DNA of 52,157 nucleotides from contig NIVC01004273.1 in NCBI GenBank assembly GCA_002269645.1, forward strand, positions 1 through 52,157. Direction: 5' to 3'. Positions 47,301-52,157 of the stretch are shown piece after piece. The position numbers and the translations under genes are program-made. The notes under the pieces were generated by a model. That model saw only the letters and a program-made list of their open reading frames with translations, was not told the DNA's origin and did not search any database. The DNA comes from Macrostomum lignano. Lineage: Eukaryota. Within the stretch, counting starts at the first letter, position 1; every line of letters starts with the position of its first letter.

Positions 47301-47736
47301 TTATAATATAAACAAGACTTTTGTTCTAGGCCTATCTCAAGTAATTGATAATAAATAGCCTAAATCAAGCAAGTGGCAAAAGCTAAATACATATTTAATA
47401 AAATCATTTTAAAAAAACTTACCTAATGGCTTTGATAATGAAGAAAATTACCACAATGCTAGTTAAGACACATAGAACAATTGCACTGTTCAATAAAGTT
47501 TTTTTGTTGCTACTAACAAAATTTAGAATTTGAGTTGTTGCATTTGCAAGGAATGGCTTGCTTTTTCCAGCATTACAAGTTGAGTTTATTAAAGTTGAGC
47601 CATTTGGACAATGGGAGCTTGAATTAGTTGTATTATGCACTTGGCTTGTAGTAAATATTGGAATTGGATTGGGATTGGTTACATATTGTGTTGCATTGTC
47701 CAACAACATTTCAGATTCAGAATTTGAAACTAGCAT
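41326..47736 (-). CDS. FAM174: FAM174-like single-pass membrane protein (at least 159 aa); exons 47736-47423 and 41491-41326, 5.9-kb intron
   Basis: Asn/Thr/Ser-rich ectodomain with N-x-S/T sequons and a TM helix (SAIVLCVLTSIVVIFFII). The phase-2 junction AG|gtaagt…aaag|G joins in frame. The tail RRSKRYGLV…LEMQRL…DDDDDEDITVFD matches the recalled FAM174 C-terminal pattern (K/RY…EM.PL..DDED.TVFD). No signal-peptide exon was found. Confidence 0.75.
42806..43450 (+). promoter_or_regulatory. Cluster of AP-1-type, E-box and TATA motifs in a GC-richer island (possible solo LTR or nested promoter)
   Basis: GATGACTCATC at 42946, 43019 and 43071; TGAGTCA at 43152; CACGTG at 43112 and 43273; TATAAA at 43300; 33-bp repeats at 43336-43443. 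Confidence 0.4.
45110..46035. repeat. Degenerate CT-rich low-complexity tract in the FAM174-like intron
   Basis: About 900 bp of strongly pyrimidine-biased sequence. Confidence 0.88.
46608..47237. mobile_element. Non-autonomous DNA transposon (MITE), 630 bp, with 8-bp TSD
   Basis: TSD GTTTGTTT at 46600-46607 and 47238-47245. Imperfect 24-bp TIRs (18/24 identical) start with GG. Subterminal TT(C/T)GGC(G/A)AAAG-like motifs are repeated, inverted at the right end. No ORF. Confidence 0.75.
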
Positions 47737-49738
47737 AGCAAGCTTGATTTTTTATCTATTCATTTGTTTAGAAAAATGATAATAAAAATTGAAAAAATAT
47801 CAGATAATTGACGTTTAACCCGAGACAGTGAATAGATTAGGGCTAATGCCTATGCTATGGCTATGGCTAAGCCTAGGTGGCTAGGCGGCTAGGCCTAGCT
47901 AAAACGTTCAATTATCAATGCAATAGACGATGGCGATAAGCCTATTGTGATCTTTAGAGACTGTTTAAAAACATCAGATACACGCTGTGTATTTTCTGCA
48001 GATTGGTATTTTAATTACTATTTATTCAATTAATCAACAGGTGGAAATTTTTAGTTACAATGATAAAATACTAAGAATTATTAATTTTTTCTCACACGCG
48101 AAACAACGCGACATGACAAGCAAATATTAGCCCATTGCAAAATTTGAAAGATATGGAGTCTTTAAGAAGTTAAAAAATCTTCATTTAACTGAAAGCTTTT
48201 TATTCAGCAATGTCTAGCAAGTTAGCTTTTTATATGCAGTCGACTACTTCAAACTTATTGTAGTAGTTTTGTTATATTTACATTGTACCAGTCCGTGACC
48301 TAGCAGAGTTTTGGTGCTATAAAAAAATGAACAAATTAAGAACGGTTTCAAACTTATTTGTCCGAAAAAGGCAAAATTAGCCATCCCAGACTAAATAATT
48401 TTATGTATAATCTCCTGCCGTAATGTAGTATTTGAATTATGTATATTCGAGTCATGCAGTTTAAGCGTAAATTAATTGTACTGTGGCATCAATTCATGGC
48501 GCTTCGAAACTAAAAGCGCAGCTACACGATAAAGGAAACATTTACAAGCTAGGCACACTCATTTTTAATAGAAATTGTAGAACTTTATTTACTATAGCAT
48601 GATTTTGGTATCTTTTATTAAAACTAAATCGTTATAAATAAAATACTGTATGTCGCAATTGGAATATTTAAATTCAAAAACTCTGACAGCAAAAATCAAC
48701 AGAAAGTACACTTAGCACCTGTGATTCCAATATTTTCATAAAAATAATAAAATTAAGGCATAAGAAGTTAAAACAAAAATACATAGATTCAGAAAAATCT
48801 ATAAAGAATAGTGAAATAATGTGCTTTTTTAAAAATTGACGCATCATGAATTTTCTTGACAATAACCGATTGTTGTTATGCAAATTAAAATAAATTCTAA
48901 TCAAATATAATGAGGCGCTTGTAAAAACTGATTTGAATCAAAATCATCGACTGATTGCACTTTGGAGATATTGATTTTTTTGAAACGCAACAACATAAAA
49001 AAAAGAAAAATCTTTTCCGAAAAATTTCCACCGACCTACCAGGCATATAATATAAAAATGGATTCGGCATCATTGCCAGCGTATACGTTAAATCTTTGCA
49101 AACAAAAGTCTAATTATTAAATACTTGATGAATGAAATTAGCGTAAATAAACGTAAAATGGACGAAAATAAAATCAATCTGCGTCGTAGAAACGTGCTCT
49201 ATCATGAAATTAAATGAGAAAAATCGGAATAGCGCTATACGATGCGCAGAATACATTTGCAACCATTTGACTAAATATTCATTATAACATAGTCTTTAGA
49301 GTCCCTTCGATACTCGTAAATCAAACGCGATTGTTTTGAGATTCAAATACCCCAACTCTATTCTATGCCAGACCACTTGGCCAAAGGGACAAAATAGCGT
49401 TTTTCTTAAATTAAGAATCCAAACACCTGAATGAGACCTCATCAACCAGGAATCTTAGAATCCTGAAGCCCAATCCTAAAACAGACACTGAATCCCAAAA
49501 CAGAAGATCCTGAATATGAAACAGAAGATCCTGAATCCTGAAACAGAAGATCCTGAATCCCGAAACAGATCCTGAATCCCGAAAACTATTTTCAGAGTAA
49601 TTTATTCATATAGACAGCATCCAATTCCAGTCTTCAAAACAAATCTCGATATATGTAGACCTTCAAATTCGTACCTTTTCGATATTATAAATAGATTCGA
49701 TAAATAGCAAAAAATCCCGAATATCAACAATCAATCGA

Positions 49739-52060
49739 TCAATTGTTTTCAACTTCACCCGGTGAGTTTGGGCTAATTTTGTGCGCCTCTGGCAAAAATT
49801 GTTGCCAGGCGTCGGCCACCTGCTGCTGCTGCAACAGCTGGTGCTCCATGCTGCACAGCAGAGCCGAGCGCAGCTCAAAGCCGCGAAGCAGATCGATCCG
49901 ATCCGACTCCGATTTGATTGCGGCTGACGCCGATTCGAAATCCGAACGGCATCGGTCCACCTGGGCGGGAGTGTTGGCAAAAGTCAATTGATTTTTTAAA
50001 GGTGACTTTTCAGGCTTTTGTATTAGAGGAGCTTTATTAAGCGACATTGTTACACAGCCGGCGAGAGGCATTGCTGTCCATTCCGGCCGACTCCCCTGAG
50101 CAGGCACACAAGCGCGAGGATACGTATGCAGTCATACGCACAGGCACACTCACACAGGAGGTCCTAACTTTATTTATCGTTAGGCATGTACACTTCACTG
50201 TGCCTTGGGGGTTGGTTGGCCCTCAAAGAAAATTAACTGCACGAGCAGAGCCAAGCCGAGATTCCAATTCAGCCCCAAATTAATGTGACTGCACTTGGAA
50301 TCGAGCCTGGGCCGCTGGCACATCAGAGCACTACGGCCACCCTGACTTCAGGCTAGCCTAAGCTTAAAGCATCCGGATTGTCAAATTGGCACTATTTTTT
50401 TTCTAAGCTGAATGCCATTTAATGCCATATTTTCTTTGATTCATATCTAACTTGAAGTATAGAATATATTTTGGGACTCTGGGGATTTCAAGACTTTTAT
50501 CAATTGTCAAACTGGAGTAAATCTTTAAACTTGTAGTCTGCATACTTGTCCAACTTCTGCGAGGACTGTGCAGCCCGAGCAAAACTCTTACCGCCGCCTC
50601 AGCCTCTGCAATTTGCGTCTCGCAGAGCGTCAGGTCGCGTCCCGCACGCTCCAGTTTGACACGCTCCTCGCGCCGGCGGCTCAGACCCGCCTCCGCATCG
50701 GCTTGGCACCGGCGCAGGCGTCGGCGTTCATGACAGGCCGACCGGAGCGATTCCAGCATGGCCAGGTGGTGGCGGAGCTGCTCACACAGCTCGGCGAACT
50801 CGCACTCGGCCTGGGCTGCCTGCAGACTGGCGATTCGATCCTGCGGGGCGGGCAAGCGGGCGTGGCTGCAGGATCCTCAGGGCTAAGGACTGGGCTGCAG
50901 GATCCTCAGGGCTAAGGACTGGGGCTGCAGGATCCTCAGGGCTAAGGACTGGGGCTGCAGGATCCTCAGGGCTAAGGACTGGGGCTGCAGGATCCTCAGG
51001 GCTAAGGACTGGGCTGCAGGACCCTCAGGGCTAAGGACTGGGGCTGCAGCATCCTCAGGGCTAAGGACTGGGCTGTAGCATCCTCAGGCCCTCAGTCCCG
51101 TCAGTCCCACAAGCGGCTGCCCACCTCAGTCTCGGCCAGCCGGCCAAAGGCTACCATCAGCCTGGCAGAATGGCAGCCATCGGGCTCGCTGCTATCCGAG
51201 CTGCCACTTAATGCCGCCGCCTCCGCAGGAAACTCGGCTATGGCGGCCGCCCGGGCCATCGAGGCTGCCAGCTGATGCGCCTGTCTGGCGTAGTCGCGTC
51301 GCTTGGTTGCTAAGCGACTGGCCGCGGCGTGCCAAGGTCGCAGGCTGGACTCCTGCTGCTGCAGGCGGCAGTACAACTCTTCGAACCACTGTTGAGAGAA
51401 TTGCAAGAAGGGGTCAAATGAAGGTCACGGTTTTACAAGCATATTCAAAAAACTATTTGCAGGAGGGCTGCAGGCCCACTAGCGCTACGCCTTCGGTGAC
51501 ATGACATGACATGATCATGCCATGTCAACAAAGTGACATGTCAACAAAGTGACATGTCAGCAAAGTGACATGTCAACAAAGTGACATGTCAACAGTGACA
51601 TGATCTGCCATAAGATGACATGATATGCCGCAAATGCTCAAACAGTGAATGCCACTAACCGGGTCGCTCTCCTCTTCAGCCTTGCTGCCGGAAGCGCTAG
51701 AGCTGCCGCTTGCGCCGCCTCCAGCTGCGGCCACGCGGAAGTGAATGCTCGAAGAACGCCCCCAGACCCGAGCCCTGCCAGACGCCAGCCGCAACGCTGA
51801 CGGCTCCGGGCGCTCAAGAAAGTCGCACAAATCGGCATCCAGTCGGAGACGGGGATGCTCGCAACAGTAAGTTAAGAATCGTTCCGCTCGCCGCGACGAC
51901 GCTCACGAATTCATCGTCATTGGCAACGCCTCCGCGCCTCCTCGCTGCCGAGCTTCACTTTGGCAGCGCCAATTATCGATTTTTCCGGCTTTGCGGCAGA
52001 ACGACGCCTTCGCTGAAGGAGTTATGAAAGAAAGCATGGGGAGCGTACATGCGCAACCCC
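49739..52060 (-). CDS. Sorting nexin 1/2-like PX-BAR protein, 5'-partial; exons ~52060-51660 (frameshifted), 51388-51125, 50840-50592, 49960-49739
   Basis: Spliced product ESDP|WFEEL…GRLAETE|DRIASL…AEAEAA|VDRCRSDFE…WQQFLPEAHKIS parallels the SNX1/2 BAR domain (ESD.WFEEK…LAEVEEKI…DFE…WEAFLPEAK.I). PX remnants PEKSIIGAAKVKLG and HPRL..D.DL.DFLE are present. All three introns are phase-0 GT-AG. Confidence 0.88.
50167..50345 (-). mobile_element. Possible tRNA-derived SINE in the last SNX intron
   Basis: A-box-like TGGCCGTAGTG (50339-50329), B-box-like GGCTCGATTCC (50307-50297) and an A-rich 3' end (GATAAATAAAG). Box spacing is short and no TSD was found. Confidence 0.4.
50864..51090. repeat. 29-30-bp minisatellite (GGCTGCAGGATCCTCAGGGCTAAGGACTG[G])n, about 7-8 copies, in a SNX intron
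   Basis: Directly visible array. Confidence 0.95.
51500..51625. repeat. Short 16-bp repeat (GTGACATGTCAACAAA) containing the palindrome TGACATGTCA, in a SNX intron
   Basis: About 4-5 tandem units plus degenerate TGACA flanks. Confidence 0.85.
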
Positions 52061-52157
52061 CTGAGTTACACCGACCGTGCGACTTATTTTTTTACCAAAA
52101 ATGCTACTTAACTATCAAGGAAACCTAGGCAATACTAGCGTAAATGGGTAAACGGCA

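Noticed and set aside
30615-52060. SL trans-spliced operon of four co-oriented minus-strand genes
   Set aside because: Intergenic distances are 1.5-3.4 kb and no acceptor AG lies close upstream of the p47 ATG. Co-orientation alone is insufficient.

Overview
Eukaryotic (invertebrate animal) nuclear DNA: GC-rich spliced genes with GT-AG introns, AT-rich spacers and more than 15 different mini/microsatellite arrays. The style recalls Macrostomum-type flatworm assemblies, but the taxon cannot be established from this sequence. Genes from left to right: a secreted 8-Cys cationic peptide, a two-exon Tyr/Pro/Arg-rich orphan, two intronless BIR-BIR-RING IAP paralogues, then four minus-strand genes (p47/NSFL1C, HENMT1, a FAM174-like membrane protein, and a SNX1/2-like PX-BAR sorting nexin that continues beyond the window). 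Mobile elements: an intact DD34D mariner (perfect 28-bp TIRs, TA TSD), a full-length 5.75-kb LOA/R1-group LINE with a 13-bp TSD, a 630-bp MITE with an 8-bp TSD, and weaker SINE, tRNA-like and LTR-like remnants. The main leads are: (1) intronic minisatellites whose units copy the host gene's own splice junction, including an in-frame ladder of cryptic donors in p47; (2) mosaic IAP paralogues with near-identical domains but unrelated linkers; (3) a candidate new defensin-like peptide. Frameshifts in the LINE and SNX are mostly 1-nt deletions in homopolymers and may be long-read assembly errors. All alignments and family assignments were made by eye and from recalled motifs; no database searches were run.
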